Source of the DNA: Candidatus Hydrogenedentota bacterium
GTDB lineage: Bacteria; Hydrogenedentota; Hydrogenedentia; Hydrogenedentales; SLHB01
DNA length: 64,000 nucleotides
Direction of reading: 5' to 3'
NCBI GenBank assembly: GCA_963668025.2
Contig: CAXXTH010000003.1
Coordinates: 32,001-96,000, forward strand
The position numbers and the translations under genes were made by a program. Below are positions 1 to 9,586 of the stretch, one piece after another (the stretch's first letter is position 1; the number at the start of each line of letters is the position of its first letter). The notes under the pieces were generated by a model that saw only the letters and a list, made by a program, of their open reading frames with translations, had not been told where the DNA came from and did not search any database.

Positions 1-28
1 CCGATCATCTGATTATCAGCAGTGCGCT

Positions 29-298
29 TTAGTTCTTTGGAGAAGGGCTAGGTGTTCCGGGCTGTGGCTGGCCCGCTGTTTTCTCGGCGGGAACGAGATT
101 CATGCCGCAGATCGGGCACTTGCCCGCTTTTAGTTCGCGGACGCTGGGGTGCATAGTGCAGGTCCATATCTCCGCCTGAGTCTTGGATCCCTGCTGCGTT
201 CCATCTGCCTTGGGGGCTTCAGACGGCGCTAGCTTGTCGGTACACCCTGCAATGAGTGTAACAGTGAGGAATATAACTAACCACATTTTTAGCTTCAT
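29..298 (-). CDS. Heavy-metal-binding domain lipoprotein
   Basis: Lipobox LIAGC; motif WTCTMHP...GKCPICGMNLVP as in CusB/CopA-associated metal-binding domains; GGAGA RBS. Confidence 0.85.
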   Translation of the reverse strand: MKLKMWLVIFLTVTLIAGCTDKLAPSEAPKADGTQQGSKTQAEIWTCTMHPSVRELKAGKCPICGMNLVPAEKTAGQPQPGTPSPSPKN

Positions 299-536
299 CG
301 TTAGTCTCCTCTAGCATTAGTGTTGGCTCGTACGAAACGACCGGTGATACACGCCGACGGCCGCCAAGCTCATCGAAAACCGCGCTGAACACGGTCACAT
401 CCAACACATTCAGCGCCTCATCTCTGTGTCCATTTCGCCCACCACACATACAGCTTATGGCGAATACATATCCTATATTCCTCCGGAAAGATGAACCATG
501 TCATTCATTATATCCTAGATTCGTTTTTAACGCAGC

Positions 537-653
537 TCAGGGAATTCGCTGGAAAAACTGCTCGTTCAGGGTTCCCCGCTTCATGGGACCTAAGTCGGCC
601 ATGGATTGGGTAAGTTCACGCAGGCGCTGTTGGATGTGCCGAATCGATTCCAT
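537..653 (-). pseudogene. Truncated IS accessory orfA (DUF6788-like) remnant
   Basis: MESIRHIQQRLRELTQSMADLGPMKRGTLNEQFF aligns with the N-terminus of 14603..14983 (LLEQLGEIRTLRKGSLNEQWF); GGAGG RBS; stops after 38 aa. Confidence 0.7.
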
Positions 654-748
654 GAAATGTTCCTCCAGGATGCATTGTAGACTATTGTCAACAATATCTC
701 CGCAAAAAACAACACTATACGAAAAAAACTCTTGGTGGAAGAAACACA

Positions 749-874
749 TTATTGATCTTTAGCATCCATTTTGCGTTTGAATTTGGCGGTTTCGGAAACT
801 CCGTTTTTGCGAATCCTGGCGGTGTAGGTAGTTTCCCCGTTTTTCTTCTGATGGACTTTTATATCGAAACTCAT
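749..874 (-). pseudogene. Truncated tyrosine-integrase N-terminal (arm-binding-like) fragment, 41 aa
   Basis: Not in the ORF track. AGGAGA RBS, then MSFDIKVHQKKNGETTYTARIRKNGVSETAKFKRKMDAKDQ*, which resembles integrase N-termini (Y-x-A-x-I-R-x-x-G...F-x-R-K-x-D-A). Confidence 0.55.
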
Positions 875-1019
875 TTTCTATATCTCCTTTTTCCCGGAAA
901 ATGCATGATTCATATTCATTTGTCTGAAATCGCTGGAAGGAGGAAATGGAGATATGATGCAATATCACGTAATCAGCATTCCCCTATTGCATGCAAGCTA
1001 TTATGCCGTGTCGTATGGA

Positions 1020-1820
1020 TCACTTTAAAGTGCTGTGTATGGCTTCCAGCGCCGGTGCGGCAGCCTGGCGCTGCAACCGCATGCGCCGCCGGAGGCCATG
1101 GATTTCCTCAGTCGAAAGGCTTCGCCATTCGCCAGGCTGCAAGCGGCCGATGTGCAGATTGCCAATCGCGATGCGGCGCAATTCAAATGCGGGGTATCCG
1201 GCGGTGTCGAGCAAGCGGCTCACGGTGATTCCGCGCGTTTCCCGCAAGGTGATGCGTACGAGAGTCGTTCTCAATCCGGTCGTGAGCAGAAGAGCCTGCG
1301 CCCGGACAGGCGGCCCTTCGTCGATGCGAATGCCGCGAATAATCCGTTCGATGGTGGCGTCTTGCATGAGGCCTTCCACGGAAGCAAGATAGGTTTTTTC
1401 CAGTTCACATTCCGGGTGATTGAGCTCATGGACAAGGCCGCCGTCGTTCGTCAATAAAAGGCCGCCTTCCGCATCCTGGCCAAGCTGATCCGCCGGATAA
1501 ACCCGTCCTGGCGCTTTGCCCAGATATGTGGCGATAGTCGGACGCCTATCGGGATCTTTGAGGCCGCTCATGACGCCGCGCGGCTTGTTCATCAAGAGAT
1601 AAATGCGGTTTTCCCGTTCGAGCCGTCTTCCATCGAGGGTCACTGTATCCATTCCAAGCTCGACGCAATCGCCAAATTGGGCTAACCGGCCGTTAATGGC
1701 GACCCGTCCATCGGCGATCAGACGCTCCGCTTCCCGCCGCGAACCCGCGCCGCATTCGGCAAGAAAGCGCTGGATGCGCATGGGTGCGGGCGTTTCCGCT
1801 CCATCGCCATTTATCTCCAT
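1020..1820 (-). CDS. RsuA/RluB-family pseudouridine synthase homologue with S4 domain; catalytic motif degenerate
   Basis: RIQRFLAECGAGSRREAE (S4), NKPRG, LLLTNDG, KTYLA and LRRIAIG motifs; GRLD is replaced by DQLG. Confidence 0.85.
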   Translation of the reverse strand: MEINGDGAETPAPMRIQRFLAECGAGSRREAERLIADGRVAINGRLAQFGDCVELGMDTVTLDGRRLERENRIYLLMNKPRGVMSGLKDPDRRPTIATYLGKAPGRVYPADQLGQDAEGGLLLTNDGGLVHELNHPECELEKTYLASVEGLMQDATIERIIRGIRIDEGPPVRAQALLLTTGLRTTLVRITLRETRGITVSRLLDTAGYPAFELRRIAIGNLHIGRLQPGEWRSLSTEEIHGLRRRMRLQRQAAAPALEAIHSTLK

Positions 1821-1856
1821 GGTGAACTCCTTGCGCCGCTGCCTAAAAACGCCAAT

Positions 1857-4800
1857 CTATCGGGCTGCGAAGGCGCGTGTGTTTTGCCCTGTGCTCAAGG
1901 CGAGCCGCATCTGCTCTTCATACGCCCGAAGCCGTTCCTCGATATCGGTCTGGGCAAGTCTTTGCTCTAGTATATGCGCCTGATGCCGCCGTAGAAAATA
2001 GGCGATGGTCTCAATGCGGATCTTGATTGAGCCTGTGGGTTTATTCTCATCAATGTCCCGGAAACAAAAGAAGGGCTTCCCGGAACGTTCAATAATCTCT
2101 TCAATCAGCGTATAGATAGGCGCGTCGTGGCCGCATTTAAAACTCGACAACTCCAAGGGCGCTAGGTTGGGATGGCGGGCCACGAATTTGGCCGCCCATA
2201 TTTTGCGGGATGAATTCTCCGAGAAACTGTTTTTCCACACATCGGATATGGAACGGGGGCTGGCGATAAACCCCTCCACCACCTCTTGCCCAAAAAGACG
2301 CTCCAAGGTGGCTTCATCCATCGGCAGGCTGTCTTGGGTCAAAATAGGATAGCCCAGTTTTTGAAATTCTTCGCAAATGCCATGGTGGATGCCGGGGTCG
2401 CTGTGATACGGGCGGGCTAACAGCACGAGGCCGACTCGACCCTCCTCTTCGAGGGTTTCGAGCACCTCGCGGGCGCGGGCTTGGAGGTCTTCGCGGAATG
2501 CCTCCAGTGCGCGCAGCCCTTCCGCCACCGCCCGGTTCGATTCCTCCTCCGAGACGCCGATCTCTTCACGCCAATCCTCGAAAAGCTGCCGGGCGCATAA
2601 ATCTGGCCTATCGAGATTCAAGAATGTTTTTTTATACGCAATGCGCTCCCGGGCGAAGATATCGCCCTCTTTAGTAAAGGCGGCGTGGACGGCCTCCGGC
2701 GTTGCGGTCGAGGTGGGGCAGGCCCGGCACGCCTGAGTGTGCTCCAGCGCCGTGGGAAGCGAGGAAACCATGGGAAGGAAAATGTGGGTCAATGGCGTGC
2801 GCTTGTGGTGGACGTTCAGCAGATTATGCACATGGGGAATGGCGAGTTTGCTTGGGAAGCACGGATCGATGCTGCCCCGTTTGGCCCCGTCTTTATACAA
2901 TGGCTCGCTTGTGTAGTCGGACCACACAATATGCTTTGCCGGGACGCCGAGGCTTTGAAAGTAGCCCATGAAGAAAGGGGCGATCCCATATAAGTTGAGT
3001 GCGCGGGGAATGCCGATGCGCATCGTGCGGCGGCGCTCCATCCGGGCGCGGCGGCGGGCTTTTTCGCCGAAGCGTCCAATCGGCAGGGGAGCCGCGATCA
3101 AGCGGGCGTGAGTGGGGGCGAATGCCTCCCGCGCCGCGTATTCCGCCAGATTGGGATTGGCCTCTTTCACCGCCTCCAATTCTTCCAGCATGGCCCGCAT
3201 GTCATCGGCATTCTCGACAGTGCCTTTTTCGCATGTGGCGATGATGAGGCGCTGCTCGCCTGGGGCCAATGCCAGCGTATCTCCCTGTGGCCCGCATGCA
3301 TCTTTCCCGTGTTTAATGCGCGATGGGTGCTCTTCCTCTGCCCCCGCTTTGTAGAGGTGGGCGTCTATTTCGACCCCTTCCGGCCCCTGGGCGCTGGTCC
3401 GAACATCAATAAATGTGCGCAGGCAGGTGTTGCGGCAGAAAGAGCATCGGGTTTGTTCGTTGCGCGTGGTGCGATATTGAATCGAATGCACGGCGTCAAA
3501 GCCAATGAATGAGGTGGAAAATGCATGCTCCTCGTATAAGCGCCGCGCTTCAAGGGCGCAGCCAATAGCCCCCGATTCGCCGCAGTGTTCATGCACCACC
3601 ACATGAGGCGTGACGCCTGTGCCTTGGAAACGCTCCTCGATAAAATCCACCTGTGCCTTCACTGCGGCAAGATTGCGTTGCGTTCCGCCTTGGAGTATGA
3701 ACGTCTGTCCCAGCCGGGCCAGGTTGGGGATTTGGCACACATAGAGCCAAATGTTCTTCGGAAGCACTGCGGCGAGTCCTGCAAGGATCTCATGAGGCAG
3801 CCAGCCTTGCCGCTGGAAATCGACGATATCCGTCTGCATGAAAACCGCACAGCCATATCCGAACGCGGGCATGGATTCGGCTGAAAACGCGGCGTCCGCG
3901 TATTGCTCGACGGATAACCCAAAGGCTTCCGCCGTGGACTGCAAGTAATAGCCATTCCCCGCTGAGCACTGGGTATTGAGGCGGAAATCTTTCACCGCGC
4001 CGTTTTTGAGCACAATGATCTTGATATCCTGCCCGCCTACATCACATATCACATCGGCTTCGGGATAAAAATGCATGCCGCTGCGCGCATGAGCCACGGT
4101 CTCCACCAAGGCCACATCCGCGCCAATGACATCCTTCAGCATATCTTTGGCGTATCCTGTCGTGGCGGCGGCAAGTATATCAAGCGATGTGCCTTGCGCA
4201 ACGAATGGCTGCCTCAGAGCATCTAGCACTGCTTTCGCATCCTCAATGGGATTGCCCTGGGAAAGCTGGTACGCCTTGGCGATGACATCACCTTTATCGT
4301 TGAGCAAGACCGCTTTAGTGCTCGTCGAGCCGCCATCAAGGCCCAGATAAGCGCGCATGGGCGGACCGGTGTCCAGGCGCGGCGCATGCCACACCGGAGC
4401 GGCATACCGCGCTCGGAATCCTTCGAGTTCCTGTGGATTTTGCCACAATCCACGCAAGCCCGCTTGGCGCTTGTATTCCAATCGCCCATGCTCGATATGC
4501 CTCCGCAGCGCATCCGTTCCGGCATACATGCCCGCACCAGGTTCATCCTCGAGCAGTTCCATTCCGAAAAAGGCCGCGCCCAGGGCGGCATAGTACTGTG
4601 CGTCCTTGGGAACATAGACAAAGTCTTCATCAGGCGTTAAAGCGGACGCATATCCGCGTTCCTTCCATAAGAGCCGCAAATGTTTCCGCCAGCACTCCTG
4701 CAATCCTCGAAGATAAAAATTGGGGCCGCCCAGCAACAGCACGGGGGGGTGCAGCGTGTGGCCTCGAGCCAGCACGGTAAGGTTCTGGAGCACGATGGAT

Positions 4801-5456
4801 TCAAACAGGGAGGCCATCAACTCATCAGGCGGAGCCCCCTGTTTTTGCAGGCTGTTTATATCCGTTTCCGCGAAGACGCCGCACTTGCCCGCCACGGGAT
4901 GAATCTTGACGCCGTCATACCGCATCGAGCAGAGCTCATCCGATGAAATGCGCAGTTTTGCAGCGATCTTGTCGATAACCGCGCCTGTTCCCCCCGCGCA
5001 CTTATCGTTCATGGTGGGAAATTTGCGGGTGACGCCTGTACGGGGATCCGTCCTAAAAATGACGATCTTGGCGTCTTGGCCTCCGAGCTCGACGGCGCTG
5101 CGCGCTTGAGGGCGAAGACGCTCGATGGCGCGCGCCACCGCATTGACTTCCTGCACGAAATGAGCACCGATGAGCGATGCAATTGGCGCCGCGCCCGAGC
5201 CTGTTGCGAAGACGCGCAAGCCGGCAGCCGCATGTTGCGGAAATGCTTCGGTGATACGTGTCAAAAACTCGAGGCATTTTTCGGGCTGCCGCGTATCATG
5301 GCGCTCATACTCCCGCCAAAGCACGGAGTGCGTGGATGATTCCACCACCACCGCTTTCACGGTGGTGCTGCCTACATCCAACCCTATGAGTAGAAAGGCA
5401 TGGCGATCTTGATTTTTCTCGGGAGCAAGTCCGTGTACTATGCCATTCGTTTTCAT
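1857..5456 (-). CDS. PlsA/Ger-like protein: two BadF/BcrAD (HgdC-like) activator ATPase domains plus a DUF2229 reductase-like domain
   Basis: GLDVGSTTVK, ELGGQDAK, NDKCAGGTG, KCGVFAE, repeated as GLDGGSTSTK, DVGGQDIK, NTQCSAGNG, GCAVF; CxxCxxxC; RIGIPRAL, DPCFPSK, SFKCGHD. Confidence 0.85.
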   Translation of the reverse strand: MKTNGIVHGLAPEKNQDRHAFLLIGLDVGSTTVKAVVVESSTHSVLWREYERHDTRQPEKCLEFLTRITEAFPQHAAAGLRVFATGSGAAPIASLIGAHFVQEVNAVARAIERLRPQARSAVELGGQDAKIVIFRTDPRTGVTRKFPTMNDKCAGGTGAVIDKIAAKLRISSDELCSMRYDGVKIHPVAGKCGVFAETDINSLQKQGAPPDELMASLFESIVLQNLTVLARGHTLHPPVLLLGGPNFYLRGLQECWRKHLRLLWKERGYASALTPDEDFVYVPKDAQYYAALGAAFFGMELLEDEPGAGMYAGTDALRRHIEHGRLEYKRQAGLRGLWQNPQELEGFRARYAAPVWHAPRLDTGPPMRAYLGLDGGSTSTKAVLLNDKGDVIAKAYQLSQGNPIEDAKAVLDALRQPFVAQGTSLDILAAATTGYAKDMLKDVIGADVALVETVAHARSGMHFYPEADVICDVGGQDIKIIVLKNGAVKDFRLNTQCSAGNGYYLQSTAEAFGLSVEQYADAAFSAESMPAFGYGCAVFMQTDIVDFQRQGWLPHEILAGLAAVLPKNIWLYVCQIPNLARLGQTFILQGGTQRNLAAVKAQVDFIEERFQGTGVTPHVVVHEHCGESGAIGCALEARRLYEEHAFSTSFIGFDAVHSIQYRTTRNEQTRCSFCRNTCLRTFIDVRTSAQGPEGVEIDAHLYKAGAEEEHPSRIKHGKDACGPQGDTLALAPGEQRLIIATCEKGTVENADDMRAMLEELEAVKEANPNLAEYAAREAFAPTHARLIAAPLPIGRFGEKARRRARMERRRTMRIGIPRALNLYGIAPFFMGYFQSLGVPAKHIVWSDYTSEPLYKDGAKRGSIDPCFPSKLAIPHVHNLLNVHHKRTPLTHIFLPMVSSLPTALEHTQACRACPTSTATPEAVHAAFTKEGDIFARERIAYKKTFLNLDRPDLCARQLFEDWREEIGVSEEESNRAVAEGLRALEAFREDLQARAREVLETLEEEGRVGLVLLARPYHSDPGIHHGICEEFQKLGYPILTQDSLPMDEATLERLFGQEVVEGFIASPRSISDVWKNSFSENSSRKIWAAKFVARHPNLAPLELSSFKCGHDAPIYTLIEEIIERSGKPFFCFRDIDENKPTGSIKIRIETIAYFLRRHQAHILEQRLAQTDIEERLRAYEEQMRLALSTGQNTRAFAAR

Positions 5457-5472
5457 CGTTCATCCTGCATAT

Positions 5473-7713
5473 TCATTTTGGTATGTAGCGGCTCTGATGG
5501 TGTTCGCTCATCTGGTTGTTAAGCCCAGGCGCATCAGCGGGAAATGCTGGCCATTGTTTTTTTTCATCTGAGCGGACGGCTTCAGTTGCATGCCCTTCAC
5601 CGCCTGCCGCATATAGAGCAACAGAGCGGAATGAGAATGTTTCGCCAATCTTGCCGTGGACTACGCCCACCCGGACATCGACTTCCGCAGCCTCTGCTGG
5701 CAAAAGTACTGTTTTTACCAGCGGGAACCAAGCTTCAGCAGGCGCGGCAGGCTCGCGAACAAGCTGCTCGCCGCCCAACGGCTTGCCTTCCTTATCGTAT
5801 ATGCGAAGGCCCACAAGAATCGAACCAGGCTTTCCCCCGTTGGAGGTGCGGGCTTCCGCGAACACCATGGCGGGCTTTCCGCCTTCAACGCGGGCGCGAT
5901 AGGAGCGCAGACGCCAATTCAGGCCGTATTTCGGATCCTCTTGAGTCACCATGACCTCTGCCTCGGATAAGGTGTTGTCGAGGTACTGATGGACGGAAAT
6001 CCTCCCTTTTCCCTGGAAGGTGTTCGATGCCCAGTGCGCTATGCATGGCGCTCCGTTAGAATCTTGCTCAATGGCGAATGAGCCGTTGTCTAGCGGCATA
6101 TAATGAATGTCATCAGTGGCAATTTCATATTTATACAAAAACGCATTGAAGAAAGATGCTTGTAAGCTGAATTCGGCTTTTTCGGGGAACAGATCTTTCT
6201 CGATTAATTTCAACTTAGGCGTGGCATACCAAATGGATATGGATTCCGGTATCGGCGGGCGGGCGGTATGTAACTTGGCGAAAACACCTTGCTCCAGGTA
6301 ATAGTTCATCGGCATGCTGAAGTAATTTTTCCAGTCCTGTTCCTTATTCGGTTTGGCAGGATAACACAGCACGATATCACCGGGCGAGGCATGTTCGGCG
6401 ATATATTGAGCTGGCGAGCGGCAGTCATAACAGAAAGTGGCGATTCCTGACGCTACCCCATGGCCGAAGTTCGTGTGCAGCTTTGGGATCATTAATATAC
6501 TGCAAGCCAAGGCAAGTACGATGGATGCGCTGGCGGATGTGATCACGCGCCTGTGAGCATGTATAAGGCGTAGCTTTGTTAAAATTACGGAGAAAGCTTC
6601 CCCTAGTGAATAAACACCCATGCTTAACGCCAATATAAGATAAGGAACCAGGAAGAGGACATAGCGTTCCACAACAGCCTGATGCAGCGCCCACAACAGT
6701 AAAGGCGGGCCTGCCAATGACCAAAATAGAAAGCATCCTGTCCAAAAGCGCCGCCGAAACAGGCGGGCCACGCCCATCGCCGCCAAAGTAAGCAACAGCC
6801 AAGTGGCAGGCATATTGTTCGTTCCCGTGCAATAACGGGCGTAATTGGAAAAGCTAAGCGTTCGCCCAGTGGTTATATTGAGCCATCCCGCAGGCGACTC
6901 GGGAGTGGCATATGCACTTGGCCACTCGCCATGCATGAGGCGGTATTTCAGCCAGGAAGTTAATGTGCCGTCTATCGAATGTATGGCAATGATGAGCACG
7001 CATGCGGTTCCCAGCACAATACTGATTATGAGCCACCGAACCGCTTCGGGGCGCATGCGCCTTTCCACCGCGCAATCTTTTATCGCTTGCGTGGTGATGG
7101 CTCCCGCCCATGCCACTATCATGAAGAGACCTAAGAGCTGGCTCATGCCGAAAAGCACCAATGCCGCAAGCAATCCCAGTAATGCGCGCGCCCGGAGGCC
7201 GCCCATGGAACGGTGAAGCAGCCATCCAGCCAGCAAGGAGAAAAACATCATAGCGCTATATCCACGAGCGCCCGCGGAATAGGACGCATGAACTGGCGAC
7301 ACCGCTAAGAAAAAAGCTGCTAATAGTCCAACAAACCGGTTCCCGGTGAATTCCAGAGCGGCTCGGTATATAAGTAAAATCGCACCCAGCCCCAAAATGC
7401 AAGAAGGCAGCCGGAGCGCCCATTCGTGCTCTCCAAAGAGAGAACGGGCGCCCAGCATGAGCAGCGCACCTAATATGTGATTTCCACTTGACGGCTGGGG
7501 CTGGGTGAATATCGCCACAACACCTTTACGCACCCACTGGGTTAGTGCGGTATATTCATCAAGCGTCAAAGGAAAGGACAGCGCATAAATACGGAGAATG
7601 GCCCCGCAGATTACGATGGCCGACAGCGCCAGCGTATAACGATGCCGGTATGCAAAATCCCCAAATCGCATCCCCAAGATATATATGCTCCTCAACTGGA
7701 TTTCTCTTTCCAC
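5473..7713 (-). CDS. GT-C fold (ArnT/PMT_2-like) membrane glycosyltransferase with a C-terminal periplasmic carbohydrate-binding-like domain
   Basis: LTLDE motif, WALRLPS, ARGYS, many TM helices, soluble beta-rich C-terminus; start codon uncertain. Confidence 0.75.
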   Translation of the reverse strand: MEREIQLRSIYILGMRFGDFAYRHRYTLALSAIVICGAILRIYALSFPLTLDEYTALTQWVRKGVVAIFTQPQPSSGNHILGALLMLGARSLFGEHEWALRLPSCILGLGAILLIYRAALEFTGNRFVGLLAAFFLAVSPVHASYSAGARGYSAMMFFSLLAGWLLHRSMGGLRARALLGLLAALVLFGMSQLLGLFMIVAWAGAITTQAIKDCAVERRMRPEAVRWLIISIVLGTACVLIIAIHSIDGTLTSWLKYRLMHGEWPSAYATPESPAGWLNITTGRTLSFSNYARYCTGTNNMPATWLLLTLAAMGVARLFRRRFWTGCFLFWSLAGPPLLLWALHQAVVERYVLFLVPYLILALSMGVYSLGEAFSVILTKLRLIHAHRRVITSASASIVLALACSILMIPKLHTNFGHGVASGIATFCYDCRSPAQYIAEHASPGDIVLCYPAKPNKEQDWKNYFSMPMNYYLEQGVFAKLHTARPPIPESISIWYATPKLKLIEKDLFPEKAEFSLQASFFNAFLYKYEIATDDIHYMPLDNGSFAIEQDSNGAPCIAHWASNTFQGKGRISVHQYLDNTLSEAEVMVTQEDPKYGLNWRLRSYRARVEGGKPAMVFAEARTSNGGKPGSILVGLRIYDKEGKPLGGEQLVREPAAPAEAWFPLVKTVLLPAEAAEVDVRVGVVHGKIGETFSFRSVALYAAGGEGHATEAVRSDEKKQWPAFPADAPGLNNQMSEHHQSRYIPK

Positions 7714-7722
7714 AGTGTGTTC

Positions 7723-9438
7723 TTAGCTCATTAGTTTGGCCACGTGTAACACGAAATTTGCCGCTTTTCCCGCTACGCCCCGATGCCCCGGAATATGTTG
7801 GAGCGGACGGCGTAGTTCGGGATGCCTCGCGGCATAAGAACGGATTTCATCTAGCGAACGCCCTGTCCGCGCCAGACATTCCTCAAACTCGCCCCTGCAT
7901 TTTTCTTTTGCTTCTCCCAGTGCCATCAATACCCGGCTATATGCGTTCGCATCGCCTTCCCCCGACGTTTCGATGGGTAAAAAAGTAATCTCCGGGTGGG
8001 CGGACTGCACGGCGGCCTGTGCGCCGTCAGACTGCGTCGAGGGCAGGCAGCCGAACGGTTTTAAGCTGAGGACCAGATGGGCGATGGCATGATTGTGGCA
8101 ATACAATGTTTTGCCGATCTCGAGATGCCCCTCGCCCCCCGTGCAATTGGGATTATAATAGGGCGCCGCCAGCCGGACTAATTCAGCTTGATCTACGGGC
8201 GCGTGCGCGGTTCCGCCCAGAGCCATCCGGAATCGCTCATACTCCCGGCGCACGAGGCGATATCCGAGTCCCAGCTTCAACCGGGACATGCGGTAGTGAA
8301 GTGCTTCGGACCACCAGGCTCCATGGCCGTGTTTACACCCACTCAGGCCCCTTTCATCGCGCAGCCTGCGCCATGCTTGATGGGTAAGATATAGGAACCA
8401 CGTAGCCACCGACTCGACAAGCACCTCCGCGCCATGGGCCTCGAGAAAAGAAAACAGGGCGAAATTGCCCGCGCCTTCCGTGGTTTGCGCCCAAAATTCA
8501 CCGGTTATCTTGCAAACAGGTTTCGGGCGGGTGTAATCCACTTCGATATCGTTTTGTATGCGCGCGGCGGCGGCCCGCAATGCCGGTTCATAATAATCGC
8601 CCAAGAGCTGCTCAACCACCAATTGCACGTGGCGGTTCTGTATCGTTGGATACATTTTGGCCAGAAGGCGCGCGGCTATTCCCGGCGGGCCGGAATCAGC
8701 GGGTTTTGCGGCGATATGCTCCGCTAATGCTTGCGTCACTTCCGCGAACACGGCATCCGTGCGCCCTGGCTCCACCTCGTACGGCCGGATTTGATAGGCC
8801 AATTCATTCAACAAATCGCCGATAAACAGGGCGCAGAACACGGGCAGAAAGGTCCGTGCGCTCAACTCCAGGCCCATTTCCTCCCGGCCTTGATCGAAGT
8901 TCCGCTGTTCAAAGACAATTACGCGAAATCCTGCGAATCCGCTGTTGCGCAGGATGAGCCGGTATTCGGCCTCATACATGCCAAACCGGCATGGCCCACA
9001 GCTTCCCGGCATGACTACGACATATTCACGGATGATTTGTTCCGTAGGGAGGCCTTCTTCATCCCGTAAACGCCGCAGATAATGCACCAGAGCCCCCGCA
9101 TTAAAATAGACTGGATTGCACATGCCGTTGTCGCCGAATTCCCGGCCTATCTGATAATCCGCTTTGGTAGGCGTGGGGAGTACTTGAACTCGATAGCCAA
9201 GTGCGCGGCCTACGGCTTGGAGAAGCAGGTGGTGGCGCGAAGACAATCCGCCTATGAGCAGCGTCACATGGGAACGTTCCGATAAAAGGAATGGGCGTTC
9301 AGCTTCCCGTCTCAAATGGCGCAAGGGAGCGAGTCCGGCTTCCCGTTCGAGCCGTTCGCGTTCCGCAGCCACACATGACGCCAGTTTCTTAGCGTCACAC
9401 CGGGGCTGCCCAGTATTTTTGCTTACATTCATGGCCAT
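7723..9438 (-). CDS. PlsR-like 2-hydroxyacyl-CoA dehydratase/reductase-type subunit
   Basis: GMCNPVY, GSCGPCRFGMYE, GGEGHLE and KPFGCLPS motifs; start moved to MAMNVSK (9438) because the longer ORF overlaps the divergent kinase. Confidence 0.8.
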   Translation of the reverse strand: MAMNVSKNTGQPRCDAKKLASCVAAERERLEREAGLAPLRHLRREAERPFLLSERSHVTLLIGGLSSRHHLLLQAVGRALGYRVQVLPTPTKADYQIGREFGDNGMCNPVYFNAGALVHYLRRLRDEEGLPTEQIIREYVVVMPGSCGPCRFGMYEAEYRLILRNSGFAGFRVIVFEQRNFDQGREEMGLELSARTFLPVFCALFIGDLLNELAYQIRPYEVEPGRTDAVFAEVTQALAEHIAAKPADSGPPGIAARLLAKMYPTIQNRHVQLVVEQLLGDYYEPALRAAAARIQNDIEVDYTRPKPVCKITGEFWAQTTEGAGNFALFSFLEAHGAEVLVESVATWFLYLTHQAWRRLRDERGLSGCKHGHGAWWSEALHYRMSRLKLGLGYRLVRREYERFRMALGGTAHAPVDQAELVRLAAPYYNPNCTGGEGHLEIGKTLYCHNHAIAHLVLSLKPFGCLPSTQSDGAQAAVQSAHPEITFLPIETSGEGDANAYSRVLMALGEAKEKCRGEFEECLARTGRSLDEIRSYAARHPELRRPLQHIPGHRGVAGKAANFVLHVAKLMS

Positions 9439-9586
9439 AACCTGATATCGTATCCTACAGGCTTTCCCATTCAATTCATGCTTTCTAAGGGGAAAATCAC
9501 CATACAACCGGCGGTAATAACACGAAGATGAGTATACATGAGAGAAACAGCCAGCACGAATAAATGCTTGACAGAAATGCCTTGAA

